From a virus: a DNA stretch of 64,000 bases. The notes under the pieces are model-generated. The model had not been told where the DNA came from and did not search any database. It worked only from the letters and a program-made list of their open reading frames with translations. The stretch spans positions 32,001-96,000 of IMG/VR virus record IMGVR_UViG_3300005288_000001, one strand, 5' to 3'. Positions 45,435 to 55,159 of the stretch are shown here, in pieces; positions within the stretch are counted from its first letter, which is position 1; each line of letters starts with the position of its first letter. Made by a program: the position numbers and the translations under genes.

Positions 45435-45917
45435 TTACCAATCAAACGTGAAGCTGTGGTATCCTTCGGCCAGGATAGCTTCCTTAAAGTCATCGAGATT
45501 CGCCGGAGTGAATGGCTTCATGCGTTCCAGATTTTCCGGATCCACTTCGGTTTCGCCGTCTTCGAGTTCAAAGTAGCTGGCGATTTGTTCATCTACCAAA
45601 TCAAGCAGTTCTACGCTGTCGTACTTAGAATCCACGAAAGTGTCGTACCATTCGATGTCGCCATGCTTCTTCTCAAATTCAGGGAAGTGCATGATCCATT
45701 GATGGTTGTCGCGCAGTTCATTAGGAACTCCACGGAAGAAGTACCACCGTTCATCCAAGGAAAGTTCCTTATCAGTGTAGATGCTACGCAGTTCCTTCTT
45801 CATCGCCTTGATCGAATCGACCAAAACGCCGCAAACTTCCAGACATGCGTCCGGGCCAGTGGTATCAAGTTGTTGTTCCATAATCTTCCTTAGAGAGGTA
45901 TTGTTCAATAAAAGCAC
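45435..45917 (-). CDS. Acidic hypothetical protein
   Basis: ORF between the ligase and the phosphoesterase. Confidence 0.55.
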   Translation of the reverse strand: MLLLNNTSLRKIMEQQLDTTGPDACLEVCGVLVDSIKAMKKELRSIYTDKELSLDERWYFFRGVPNELRDNHQWIMHFPEFEKKHGDIEWYDTFVDSKYDSVELLDLVDEQIASYFELEDGETEVDPENLERMKPFTPANLDDFKEAILAEGYHSFTFDW

Positions 45918-46761
45918 GACGTTCTTGTTCTTCCATCACGTCGAACGTCTCACGGTTCGCGGAGAGGTAATCGAGGAGAGGATAGTACTCCTCATCGATC
46001 TTCTGCTTCGCGTTTCGTGCAATCAACGTTTCCATATCCCGGCCACGCATAAACAGCTTCTTCACCAGGTAATGGGGTGACTTAATTTTAGCTGAAACGC
46101 CGTCCTCGGTATAGAACACGTAGCCCTCGTGCTGGCAGGTCTTGATCTGTTCCTTGAGGGCACCGATAGTTGTATACCAAGCCATCGGACGACCATACTG
46201 GGTCCACATATGTTCCATGCCACGAGTGATGTCGTTGTAACGGACGCCGATTTCGTACATTCCCGGTGCTTCATAGATGATATGTGGGTCTTCGGGATGG
46301 CAGCACTCGAACAACATGGTGGCGTTCTTTCCGCGCAGGTATGCGTTGAGCGAATCCATATAATCCGTTCCCATCTTTTCCAGCATTTCAGTTGCCATTA
46401 GGGCAAACGACGAATCAATTGATCCGGTCGTCGAAACGAACAGCTTACCCTTGTACGAGCTGACAGCGGCCATGAAGCCATTGTACTTTCGCATCGCCAC
46501 AATTTTGGTATCGTCGGCCAGCTTCGGAGCTTCCTTCTCGATGCCATAGTTATAGACCTTCCGGAAGGGAAGGCTGACGATGTTCCAGTCCTTGTCAACC
46601 ACGGTCCCTCGACAGTCTTCCAGGAAGCGATTCCACAGACCATCGTAGAAGACCTTACGCTTGTACTTCAGCACAAACAGGTCGGGATTGCTGGTTGGTT
46701 TCTTGTCTACCAGCTTCGGGTTTGCCTCAACCCAACGAATAAAATCAAGAGGAAGTTTCAT
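45865..46761 (-). CDS. RNA ligase (Rnl1-like)
   Basis: CRG.V, PF.K.YN, motif I KYNG, FE, EGYV, KIKS. Confidence 0.85.
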   Translation of the reverse strand: MKLPLDFIRWVEANPKLVDKKPTSNPDLFVLKYKRKVFYDGLWNRFLEDCRGTVVDKDWNIVSLPFRKVYNYGIEKEAPKLADDTKIVAMRKYNGFMAAVSSYKGKLFVSTTGSIDSSFALMATEMLEKMGTDYMDSLNAYLRGKNATMLFECCHPEDPHIIYEAPGMYEIGVRYNDITRGMEHMWTQYGRPMAWYTTIGALKEQIKTCQHEGYVFYTEDGVSAKIKSPHYLVKKLFMRGRDMETLIARNAKQKIDEEYYPLLDYLSANRETFDVMEEQERRAFIEQYLSKEDYGTTT

Positions 46762-46763
46762 AA

Positions 46764-47708
46764 TTAAGCCATTGCAGGTTGACCGACGTAAGGAGTGACC
46801 ACGCCAGATTTCACATCTTCCCAAAACTGATTGACATAATTGGGGTCATAAAGTTCCACGACAGCATCGTAGTGGTCCCAGGCAAACTCGCGGAACCATC
46901 CGGAAGTAATGCTGGTGCAAACCTTTTCGAGCGCCATCAGGAAACTCTCCAACGGAGTCTTCATCCCAGGGAATGGTATTTGTGAACGTTCAAGAGCCAG
47001 CACCATTGACTCCTCAAGAACGCCATGCAGGCGAATCTGTTGGGGAGCTGCATAGAACAGTTCCCTCGAACAGAAGACGTCTGCCTCATCTTCCTTGTAG
47101 ACTTCATACGCAGGTTGGTATCCTCGCATCACACTCCGATGAATCGAGTCGTGGTCATACTTGTAGTCCACGCCATCACCGTTGAAGAACCGCGACTTAC
47201 TAACATTGAGCTTTGGGTGCCCATAGTTGTAAGTCGCAATTTCTCGCCGGCGATAGAAATCCATATGGATTGGATCAATCTCAGCGCCAAGATTTCTCAT
47301 CATCTTGATGTCCGCCATTGTCTTGTGAAAGTGCGGCGAGTTCTTCAGATACCGATGACTCATCTTCAGCATGTACAGGAAGTTGAAGCTCGGCACAAAC
47401 ATCTGGGAAGACCTGATGTCATAGCCTTGTGTATCATCATCTGCCATTGCCGTCTCGTACAGGTCTTCTGCAGAACTGTCAGGCCAAACGATCTCAGCCT
47501 CGAAGATTTGGCTATTTTGGTACTTCGCTACCAGCTTCTTCCCTTGGCTGATTGGAATCAAACTACGAAGACCATGCTTCGATTTGAAATACTCAACCAG
47601 ATCATCGTAATATCCTACCAGGTCATAGTCCTGGCCATAGCTACGATGATCAATTGGGTGGTGAAAACGTGCAGCATGGCTACCAACCAAAAGCAAGGGA
47701 TGTTTCAT
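46764..47708 (-). CDS. Pol-beta-fold nucleotidyltransferase-like protein
   Basis: VGS.A...DYD; LKMSH; YDHD.IH; ALER; SGWFR. Confidence 0.65.
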   Translation of the reverse strand: MKHPLLLVGSHAARFHHPIDHRSYGQDYDLVGYYDDLVEYFKSKHGLRSLIPISQGKKLVAKYQNSQIFEAEIVWPDSSAEDLYETAMADDDTQGYDIRSSQMFVPSFNFLYMLKMSHRYLKNSPHFHKTMADIKMMRNLGAEIDPIHMDFYRRREIATYNYGHPKLNVSKSRFFNGDGVDYKYDHDSIHRSVMRGYQPAYEVYKEDEADVFCSRELFYAAPQQIRLHGVLEESMVLALERSQIPFPGMKTPLESFLMALEKVCTSITSGWFREFAWDHYDAVVELYDPNYVNQFWEDVKSGVVTPYVGQPAMA

Positions 47709-47709
47709 A

Positions 47710-47904
47710 TTAGCAGTTGCTGGAGTTCCAGCCAGAAGCTTCGGCAGAGTCGGTGACCAGGTCGTTGATCACCGAATTGTCGCTCAGGTCGAGACCAAGA
47801 CTGAAGTCGCGGTTGAGGGCGTTGAATTCACCGATCGCGTCCGCGATGATTTGGGTGATAACGCTTGCCTTTTCGAGGGCTTCTTCACGAGTCATTTGTG
47901 TCAT
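47710..47904 (-). CDS. GW-x-SS-x-C tail protein, paralog 1
   Basis: Ends GWNSSNC. Confidence 0.6.
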   Translation of the reverse strand: MTQMTREEALEKASVITQIIADAIGEFNALNRDFSLGLDLSDNSVINDLVTDSAEASGWNSSNC

Positions 47905-47913
47905 GTTTAGTCC

Positions 47914-48144
47914 TTAGCAGCTTTGGCTGGATGGATACCAACCGTTTTGGGATTCACCGTAACCACCACCTTCTTGGTCGGCATCGGCTCCTTTGAAGTA
48001 ACCACCCATTCCATAGGCGACTTCAAAGTTGAAGGTGAGATCGTATTCGATGGCAAGAGCCTCAGCAGCGTTGATAGAAGCATAAGCCGCAGCCAGGTGC
48101 TCAGAGATTTTAGCATTTGCTTCTTGTTTGGTGAGTGTTGTCAT
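47914..48144 (-). CDS. GW-x-SS-x-C tail protein, paralog 2
   Basis: Ends GWYPSSQSC. Confidence 0.65.
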   Translation of the reverse strand: MTTLTKQEANAKISEHLAAAYASINAAEALAIEYDLTFNFEVAYGMGGYFKGADADQEGGGYGESQNGWYPSSQSC

Positions 48145-48152
48145 ATTTCCTT

Positions 48153-48404
48153 TTAGCAGTAAGAGCTGCTATTTCGCCAGCCCGGTTGTTCAAGTTGTTC
48201 GCGTTGCCAGTCTTCATACCACTCGGCATCTTCAGGTTGGATACCTGGCTTGCCTTCGTAATATCCTTCGATGGATTCGTCGTGTTCGAAACGGAAGGTC
48301 AGACCGAACTGCTTGGCGAGTTCTTCACACTCGTTTAGCAACGCGGTCACTTCTTCCATCTTGACAGCGATTAGGGCATTCGCTTGTTGTTCCGTCAATG
48401 ACAT
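48153..48404 (-). CDS. GW-x-SS-x-C tail protein, paralog 3
   Basis: Ends GWRNSSSYC. Confidence 0.65.
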   Translation of the reverse strand: MSLTEQQANALIAVKMEEVTALLNECEELAKQFGLTFRFEHDESIEGYYEGKPGIQPEDAEWYEDWQREQLEQPGWRNSSSYC

Positions 48405-48467
48405 AGAGTCCTTGGTTAAGTTAATCAGCCTAAGCACTAATTTTACCTTTTGTCAAGGAGCAAATTG

Positions 48468-48490
48468 AAAAAGCGGCCGAAGCCGCTTTT
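48468..48490. terminator. Bidirectional terminator
   Basis: AAAAAGCGGC-CGAA-GCCGCTTTT. Confidence 0.8.
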
Positions 48491-48491
48491 G

Positions 48492-48782
48492 TTAAGGAAT
48501 TAGAATACCGGAAGTCTGTTTAGTGTATTCTTTGATGAGAGCTCCTACAGGCTCTCCAATGGCCACAATACCATTGGGTGGAAACACTGCAACGTTCTTT
48601 TCAACGTATGGGAGGAACGGGATAAGACCCATCTGCAGCTCACCTTGTGGCGACCATTGAGTCTTTACCTCGAATGGATCGTTCAGTTGGAAACAACCAT
48701 CGGTCTCATGGGCGTTCCAGGCATTGGAAACCTTGCCGATAATTTCTTGACCAGTGGTCAGCTTAAGAATAATGTAGCTCAT
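48492..48782 (-). CDS. Sm-like T4-family hypothetical protein
   Basis: ILKLTTGQEIIG ... SGILIP. Confidence 0.65.
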   Translation of the reverse strand: MSYIILKLTTGQEIIGKVSNAWNAHETDGCFQLNDPFEVKTQWSPQGELQMGLIPFLPYVEKNVAVFPPNGIVAIGEPVGALIKEYTKQTSGILIP

Positions 48783-49036
48783 AGAATGTAATTAGGGTCC
48801 GGTTACCAGTTCCGGAAGGTTGTCTAGGCCACCTGGAGTAAGCACCTCATAACCGGTCCTAAGGCTATGTTCTTTATCCGTTAAGCTGTTCAGGCTTCGC
48901 GGTTGTTTCGTTCGATTCAGTAACAGGTGGCGCGACTTGCTTGTCGCCCTGAGTCTTGATCGAATGGATGATGCTGGCCACTTCACCATAAGGAAGTGAC
49001 GATAGTGCCTTCAGGACGGTGTTCGTCTCGTCGACA

Positions 49037-49483
49037 TTAAGGTTGAGGTTTAGCATTTGTGTCATGTTCTTTCTTGGTATTTCCAATAGAGTATTTAGGA
49101 ACGAGAGTCCAGTTCACCTTTTCCTTGAATGAAACGATCTTAATCTGGTTCATAGGAGCCTGGGGAACAGCCTTGGTAGCGTCAACGATATATAGCAGAC
49201 CCCAATCTTGCAGAAGAACTGCGATCGAGTTTCGGCGCTCTACATCGTTGACGGAGATATCGGAAGCCTTAGAATCAAGATTGAATAGCTCCTTGAAGTG
49301 GACAATGTAATAGCGTCCTTGCTTATGGAGAATGTGACACGATTGAAACAGAGTTTGGTCCTTCTTGGACGCCACTCCGATTCGCGTCAGCGTTTCTCGA
49401 ATCTTCAAAAAGTTATCCGGAGTCGATAATGTAACCTCCAACATGGACGCAGGGGTCCATTCATAACGAACTGCTTCAGTCAT
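49037..49483 (-). CDS. regA: Translational repressor RegA
   Basis: PDNFLKIRETLTRIGVAS, QSCHILHKQGRYYIVHFKEL. Confidence 0.97.
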   Translation of the reverse strand: MTEAVRYEWTPASMLEVTLSTPDNFLKIRETLTRIGVASKKDQTLFQSCHILHKQGRYYIVHFKELFNLDSKASDISVNDVERRNSIAVLLQDWGLLYIVDATKAVPQAPMNQIKIVSFKEKVNWTLVPKYSIGNTKKEHDTNAKPQP

Positions 49484-49863
49484 CTTCCACCTTTATCGTG
49501 CATCTGAGCGATACACTTTAATTGATCAGGCGTGAGGAGCTTCAAAATCTCCAAGGCTTTCGGCTCGGAAACAGTGTAGTGCTTCTTCACTAGCGCAACT
49601 TCGGCTGAGCTTTCCTTTTTCGCCCACTTAGAAAACCGTTTACGCTTTGAAACACTACTTAGTAGAAACTCGTACTGGAGCTTCTTGTCAAGGAAGGAGT
49701 ACCGATTCATTTCGTTGGCGTGCATGACCGTGTCCGGAAAGTAGGACAGGCCACGATTGACCATGAAAGGCAGATAGCCTTTCTCGCTATCCGGGTCTTC
49801 CTTGATTAAGTTCGTCTTCGAATCATTGATGGTGTTGAGCCAGTCGAATGGATTACTTGACAT
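49480..49863 (-). CDS. 62: Clamp loader small subunit (gp62)
   Basis: Y.PFMVNRGLS, ANEMN, KRKRFSKW; synteny. Confidence 0.9.
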   Translation of the reverse strand: MSSNPFDWLNTINDSKTNLIKEDPDSEKGYLPFMVNRGLSYFPDTVMHANEMNRYSFLDKKLQYEFLLSSVSKRKRFSKWAKKESSAEVALVKKHYTVSEPKALEILKLLTPDQLKCIAQMHDKGGR

Positions 49864-50157
49864 CAAACCCCACTTTCTGCATTTCCGACAGCGAGGCATA
49901 GATATTCTTGCCAGGAAGGTTCAGCTTCACATGGGCAACCAATTCTTCCTTGGTCTTACCCTGACCCGCAAACTTTCCGTTCTGATCGTACGCATAGACA
50001 ATCCCGTTCTCTTCACGAGTCAGGGTGAGATGCGCCGTGTGGTACACCATTGACTCGAGAATCTCGTCCAGTTCTTCCTTTTGGGCAAGCCGAAACGATT
50101 TGTACGAATGGTATCCCCAAACAATTAGTCCGAAGCCGACGATGCAATAGAAGGTAT

Positions 50158-51105
50158 TCACTTGAACTCCACAGATGACATAATCTCAGTCATAGCTGCC
50201 ATGACATTGATTTCGGGGTCGGCCACGAACGCAGCCTTGTACTGGTAATCGGCAAGGATCAGGATCAGTTGAGGGATAGATGCCGGTACAAGAAGATCAA
50301 CAGACTTGTCGTAGAACATACGAAATAGAGCAGAAGTGTCCACATCGCTGTTCTTACCCACCCATTGTCGGACTTTGTTAAAAGCCTTCGCTCGAACGTT
50401 ATCAACCAGTTCTTTATACGATTCATCGCCAAGGTTCACCAGAATGCCAGCATCAATCTTTCCTGATACGGCATAGCTTTGCAGTTCGTTGAGGGTGCGA
50501 CGGAAGTCCGGAAAGTACTTCGTCACCAGTTCCGCCACTACTTTGGCGTCAAACTCAACACCCTCGGCCTTCAGAATTTCAGTGACGCGCTTGTGGAATT
50601 GCATTGCAATCTTGGGCTTGTCAGCGGCCGCAACCTTGAACGAAATAGTTGTGCAACGGCTGTGGATCGGTTCAATGATCTTTGCCTTTTGGTTACACGT
50701 CAGAATGAACGAGCAGTTGGAGCTAACCGCTTCCATCACCGCTCGGAGCGCTGGTTGGAACGAGTTCGGGTTAAGGCCGTCAGCCTCGTCAATAATAATG
50801 ACCTTCTTTGCATCAGTCAGGGAGACGGTCGTTGCGAAGCCCATGAGTTTCGTGCGAAGCGTATCAATGCCAGACTCTTCCGAGCCATTAATAAGCATGT
50901 AGTCTGCACCGAGTTCGTTACATAAGGCCAATGCAATTGTGGTCTTACCAACTCCCGCAGTTCCGGGTAGAAGGAGGGACGGGATGTTTCCTTTTGCTGC
51001 ATATTCCTTGAAGATGTTCTTGATGTTGGCGGGGAGAATGCAATCGTCAATTTTGCTGGGACGGTACTTTTGATACCAGACGAATTCTTTAGCGTTGTGA
51101 TCCAT
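50158..51105 (-). CDS. 44: Clamp loader AAA+ subunit (gp44)
   Basis: KYRP, GTAGVGKTT, DEAD, SRC, PDFR. Confidence 0.97.
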   Translation of the reverse strand: MDHNAKEFVWYQKYRPSKIDDCILPANIKNIFKEYAAKGNIPSLLLPGTAGVGKTTIALALCNELGADYMLINGSEESGIDTLRTKLMGFATTVSLTDAKKVIIIDEADGLNPNSFQPALRAVMEAVSSNCSFILTCNQKAKIIEPIHSRCTTISFKVAAADKPKIAMQFHKRVTEILKAEGVEFDAKVVAELVTKYFPDFRRTLNELQSYAVSGKIDAGILVNLGDESYKELVDNVRAKAFNKVRQWVGKNSDVDTSALFRMFYDKSVDLLVPASIPQLILILADYQYKAAFVADPEINVMAAMTEIMSSVEFK

Positions 51106-51142
51106 AATGTAATAGAGTGAAAGTCAATTATACCGCAAACGA

Positions 51143-51445
51143 TTAGTCTTCGCCGCGTTCTTCCGGAGGCAGGTCTACAAAGAACTCGTCCGCGTAATCA
51201 TCGTCCAGAACACTGATTTGCAGCGACTCGGCCGTGCATTCAACCGGAACCTGGATGACGTCGTAGTGGAAACCATCACCGTCAACACCGATACCATTAT
51301 CGTAACACATCAGGTCCAGGTCATAAGCCTTCTGGAGCTTATCGATCAATTCTGAATTGAGTGAGTAGCGGGGATAGCTCGAGCCATCACCACCGTCGCT
51401 GGTCAGGACGTAAAGAGGTTTGGTTTTCATAATGTATTCAATCAA
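51143..51445 (-). CDS. Acidic hypothetical protein
   Basis: ORF between genes 45 and 44. Confidence 0.5.
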   Translation of the reverse strand: MIEYIMKTKPLYVLTSDGGDGSSYPRYSLNSELIDKLQKAYDLDLMCYDNGIGVDGDGFHYDVIQVPVECTAESLQISVLDDDYADEFFVDLPPEERGED

Positions 51446-51532
51446 AAAGAAGAACGAGGAAAAAGACTAAAAAGAGAAATAGGGCACCTGCCGCTATTCC
51501 TCCTAATAGCAACGCAAGCGCTGCCACAATTC

Positions 51533-52192
51533 TTACTCGAAAGTCGAGTCAGCTTCAATCGCGATGAAGTATTCCAGTTCGCCGTTGACAGCCTTGAAAC
51601 GGCTAATCTTCTTCGAGCTAATGGAAACGTCATACGAGCCAGCGACCAGCTTCAGGTTTTCCACCTTCAGGTTTACGCGGAACGTTCCGGTAGCAGCGCC
51701 AATCTCGATGACCGACTGGTTCGAGGTTGCGTTCTTCTTATCGGATACGACCACCGACAGCTTCGAGCCGTCACCGACAATAGCCAAGTCACCACCACGG
51801 AGAACCGCACTGGTACGTTGAATCATGGCCAGGTCTTCTTGCGAGAGCGTGAAGTTGACTTCTGCCGTCGGGAAGGTAATCTTCTTGGTTGGAGTAACCA
51901 GAACCGAGCTATCGGCAGCGAAGTACTTGATCGAGTTCGAGCCTTCTTGGATCAGAACAAACTTCTCGGTGAAGGACAGTTCCGGTTCGTTGAAGAGGCT
52001 CAGGGCGCCCAGGAATTCGCTCAGGTCATAGATACCGAACTCAGCGTCGAAGGTCTCGGTCACGACTGCGGAAGCCATGATGTTCTTCTGTGCGCTGATA
52101 GTTGCGATTTCGTTACCCGGCTTCAGCAAGAGATTGCTGTTGATGCTAGCGAAGTTCTTGAAGCGGGCGAGGGTGTCTTTGGATAGTTTCAT
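51533..52192 (-). CDS. 45: Sliding clamp (gp45)
   Basis: MKLSKDT..FKNFASIN, FGIYDLSEFL, YFIAIE. Confidence 0.95.
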   Translation of the reverse strand: MKLSKDTLARFKNFASINSNLLLKPGNEIATISAQKNIMASAVVTETFDAEFGIYDLSEFLGALSLFNEPELSFTEKFVLIQEGSNSIKYFAADSSVLVTPTKKITFPTAEVNFTLSQEDLAMIQRTSAVLRGGDLAIVGDGSKLSVVVSDKKNATSNQSVIEIGAATGTFRVNLKVENLKLVAGSYDVSISSKKISRFKAVNGELEYFIAIEADSTFE

Positions 52193-52646
52193 AATTAATT
52201 GGTTTCTTCAATGATAATGCGGCGGCTGGAGTGGATGAACTGCTCGGAGAGTTGGGTGGGATTGTTGAGCGAGGTAATCACGTCGTCAACCCATTCGCCA
52301 GCAGCGTTCTTCACTTGGACAATCAACTTCACCTTGTGAGTCGAGAGGTCCGCGTTTTCAATTCGTACTAGTTTTGTCATTTCGTTTCTTTGGCTTATAC
52401 TCCAACGGAGCATCAATTTTCGGTTTGGATTTAACGGGAAGTTTCGCGTCAGCCCTGTCGATCCAGTTCAGATTAATGGTCCAACCAGACCATTCAAAGA
52501 GTGCATCGACATAGGCGTCAGCACGGTCCTGTCCGCGACCGTATGAAAACTCATCTACTCTACGTATTTTACCGTTGACTTCAACGGTTACGTAGCGATA
52601 AGACTGCTGAAACTTCTTGTCCGTTTCCAGATAATGTGTGACGACA

Positions 52647-53069
52647 TCAACCCGGACCGGCCCCGACTTTAGGACCAGGGATTCGGTCGAAATTTGCGGC
52701 ATCTCGGTTTCGCTTGGCGTCAGCGAGCTGGAGGTCGGCAATGAACTGGAGACAACAGATGGCGTGGGCCATGTGGTGGAGTCCAGTTTCTTGGTCGTAC
52801 GTTTGACCTTGCTTCCAGGCCCAGAGGTGGCGTTGGGCGGCGTCAAAGTATCGGTCGATACCGTTGGGGACTCGACGCCAGTTGTCGGGTTCGTATTTTT
52901 GCGCGCCAAAAGTCAGTACCTTAACGTTCTCTTCAAGAGCAAGTGGTGGCAGCAAGCCGTAAAGAAGTTTACCGGCATCGAACTTTCGTCCGCCGGTTGT
53001 TGCTGTTTGGGAGGCAGCAATCCGAGCGTTTGCTTGGCTCGGACTTTCCCCAGGGCGAAGCTCGATCAC
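52647..53069 (-). CDS. dATP/dGTP diphosphohydrolase-like (DUF5664)
   Basis: GRKFDAGK..Y.LLP, FGAQKY..DNW, RH, D.ETGLHH.AHA. Confidence 0.85.
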   Translation of the reverse strand: MIELRPGESPSQANARIAASQTATTGGRKFDAGKLLYGLLPPLALEENVKVLTFGAQKYEPDNWRRVPNGIDRYFDAAQRHLWAWKQGQTYDQETGLHHMAHAICCLQFIADLQLADAKRNRDAANFDRIPGPKVGAGPG

Positions 53070-53310
53070 TTCGCCTGGAGACCCTTCTTGATTCGTTCAG
53101 CGCGGCAAAGACCGGTAGAAGCGAATCGCTTGTTGCGGCGAACCACAGTGGCGTTCCATGCCTTGATGTCTTCAGCAGCCTGAAGACGGGCCGGTGCCGT
53201 CAGTTCAGCCTTGGCATGCATACGCTCCTGGGCTGGCGAGAGGTGGTTGTTGTAAGGTGATGCGCCCAGACGGGCGACCAGCTTCTGAATCAGACTTGGT
53301 TTGATTTCGA

Positions 53311-53526
53311 TCATGGCTTCACGGGTTGGATGGAGTACTCGACGATCGCGTGGCGACGCTTATTGATCGTTCGGGTGAGAGGCTTGGACACGATATTGAT
53401 ACCCATGTTTCGCAGGTAGTGAATGTGTCGGCCAGGGTTCTGGATGCCGTAGACCTTGGTAATGGTCGAGGCGGTGATCTTACGACCCTTTTGCAGGTCC
53501 TTAAGAAGGGAAGCGGTCATCGTCAT
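53311..53526 (-). CDS. Winged-HTH protein
   Basis: IT......YGI.N....I..LR..G.NI. Confidence 0.6.
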   Translation of the reverse strand: MTMTASLLKDLQKGRKITASTITKVYGIQNPGRHIHYLRNMGINIVSKPLTRTINKRRHAIVEYSIQPVKP

Positions 53527-53538
53527 AATAAACTCCGG

Positions 53539-53928
53539 TTAAAAGGAAATACCAGCGGCCAGCAGCTCAGCTTCAAACTCAGCGTCGGATAAGGTACGTT
53601 CAGGTTTCAATTGTACTACGTCTTCGTCCGTAGCACAACCCTTCTTCGGCAACTGTTCCACCTTGGTGAAGTTGTCGATATCTTCCTGGGAAGCGAAAGG
53701 CACAAGGCCTTCCGACTCACCAGTCTTATTTTCAACAAAGACCCATCGTGGCCAGCCGATCTTTTCGCCGCCATTCTCACGAGCGGCCAGCAATTCGTGA
53801 TGAAGGGTCCTCACGAAGCTGGAAGAAACTACACCGGAAGGATCGCGGTTGGGGCGATACTTCGCAAGGATGATGCAATAACGTTGTTGCGCTTTGGACA
53901 GTTGTGCAAAGTTAGTACGAAGCATCAT
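53539..53928 (-). CDS. Hypothetical protein
   Basis: ORF with AGGAG RBS. Confidence 0.6.
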   Translation of the reverse strand: MMLRTNFAQLSKAQQRYCIILAKYRPNRDPSGVVSSSFVRTLHHELLAARENGGEKIGWPRWVFVENKTGESEGLVPFASQEDIDNFTKVEQLPKKGCATDEDVVQLKPERTLSDAEFEAELLAAGISF

Positions 53929-53937
53929 GATCTCCTA

Positions 53938-55098
53938 TTAGAACGGGCTAGACTTGCTGTAGTTTGCGGCGGTTGGGCGATTCGTTTGAGTCGCAGCCTT
54001 AACTGGCACCGGCGTCAGCTTATCGAACAATTCGATGAAAGCGTTCTTGGTGGACTTGTCGAAACGGTTGCAGCACAGTTCGATGGCCTTCTTCTTGTTA
54101 CGGAAGACAGCGTAAGCGCGAATCACGTGACCGATACGACGAGTCGTGATGGTTTCATCGACCGCACCGTCGTCAAACGACTTACGAACCGACTCTGCCC
54201 ACTTGGTCAGGGTAGTTGCGAACTCCTGATCATCGATACCGAAGGACTCGAGCAGGCGAACGATAATCTTGTTCTCGATCAGCGCTGCCGGATATTCCTG
54301 GTTGAAGGTAACTGCGAAACGTTCCAGGAATGCCTCATTCAGCACATTCGTACCGATGTAGCGGCCGTCATCCGAACCCTTACCCTTTGTATTGGCGGAA
54401 GCGATGATGTTGAAGCCTTCTGCCGGAATGATCACTTCATTCTTCAACTTGAAGTAATACGGCTTGCCTTCCAGAATAGGTTGTAAGCAAAGCAGAGTGT
54501 TAGCCGCGCCAGCGTCAACTTCGTCCAGGAGCAGGGTCGCGCCAGTACGCATCGCGATAAGCACCGGACCTTCCACGATTTCGACGTCACCGTTCTTCAG
54601 GGTCTTCGAACCAATCAGAACTTCCTCGTCAACCATCACGTTCAGGTTAATTCGGATAAGCGGCTTCTTGTGCTTCGAGCAGATTTGTTCCACCATCGTG
54701 GACTTGCCGTTACCGGTCGGGCCGGACACGTATGCCGGATAGAACAGATTCGACGCGATGATCGTTTCGAGGTCTTTGAAGTTGCCGAAGGGAACAAAGT
54801 TCGGGTCCTTCTTCGGAATCAGAGACTTCAGATCGAAGCCGGAAGCCTTGCTCATCGCCTCGATATCGTAGGCAACCTTTGAGTCGGTGGCCTTCGCGAA
54901 CGGATCGAGATCCTCGGGATTCGCCTGTGGTTCGGTCAGAGCACGAATTCGATCTTCGCTTTCGTAGTTCGTTACACGGGCCAGCGTCTTTTCGGCACCT
55001 TCCTTGGTCTTGGAACGGTGCACGACCGAGCCTTGGAAGTAAACGAAGTAACGTTGAGTTCCGGTGTCGTACTCAATACCAGTCTTATTTGGGTCCAT
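53938..55098 (-). CDS. MoxR/CobS-like AAA+ ATPase
   Basis: GPTGNGKS, LLLDEVD, ANTKGKG, NEAFLERF. Confidence 0.9.
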   Translation of the reverse strand: MDPNKTGIEYDTGTQRYFVYFQGSVVHRSKTKEGAEKTLARVTNYESEDRIRALTEPQANPEDLDPFAKATDSKVAYDIEAMSKASGFDLKSLIPKKDPNFVPFGNFKDLETIIASNLFYPAYVSGPTGNGKSTMVEQICSKHKKPLIRINLNVMVDEEVLIGSKTLKNGDVEIVEGPVLIAMRTGATLLLDEVDAGAANTLLCLQPILEGKPYYFKLKNEVIIPAEGFNIIASANTKGKGSDDGRYIGTNVLNEAFLERFAVTFNQEYPAALIENKIIVRLLESFGIDDQEFATTLTKWAESVRKSFDDGAVDETITTRRIGHVIRAYAVFRNKKKAIELCCNRFDKSTKNAFIELFDKLTPVPVKAATQTNRPTAANYSKSSPF

Positions 55099-55159
55099 AT
55101 TTCTCCATGATAAAAATTCACACTCAGTCTATTATAACCTAAGACTGATTATTGACAAG

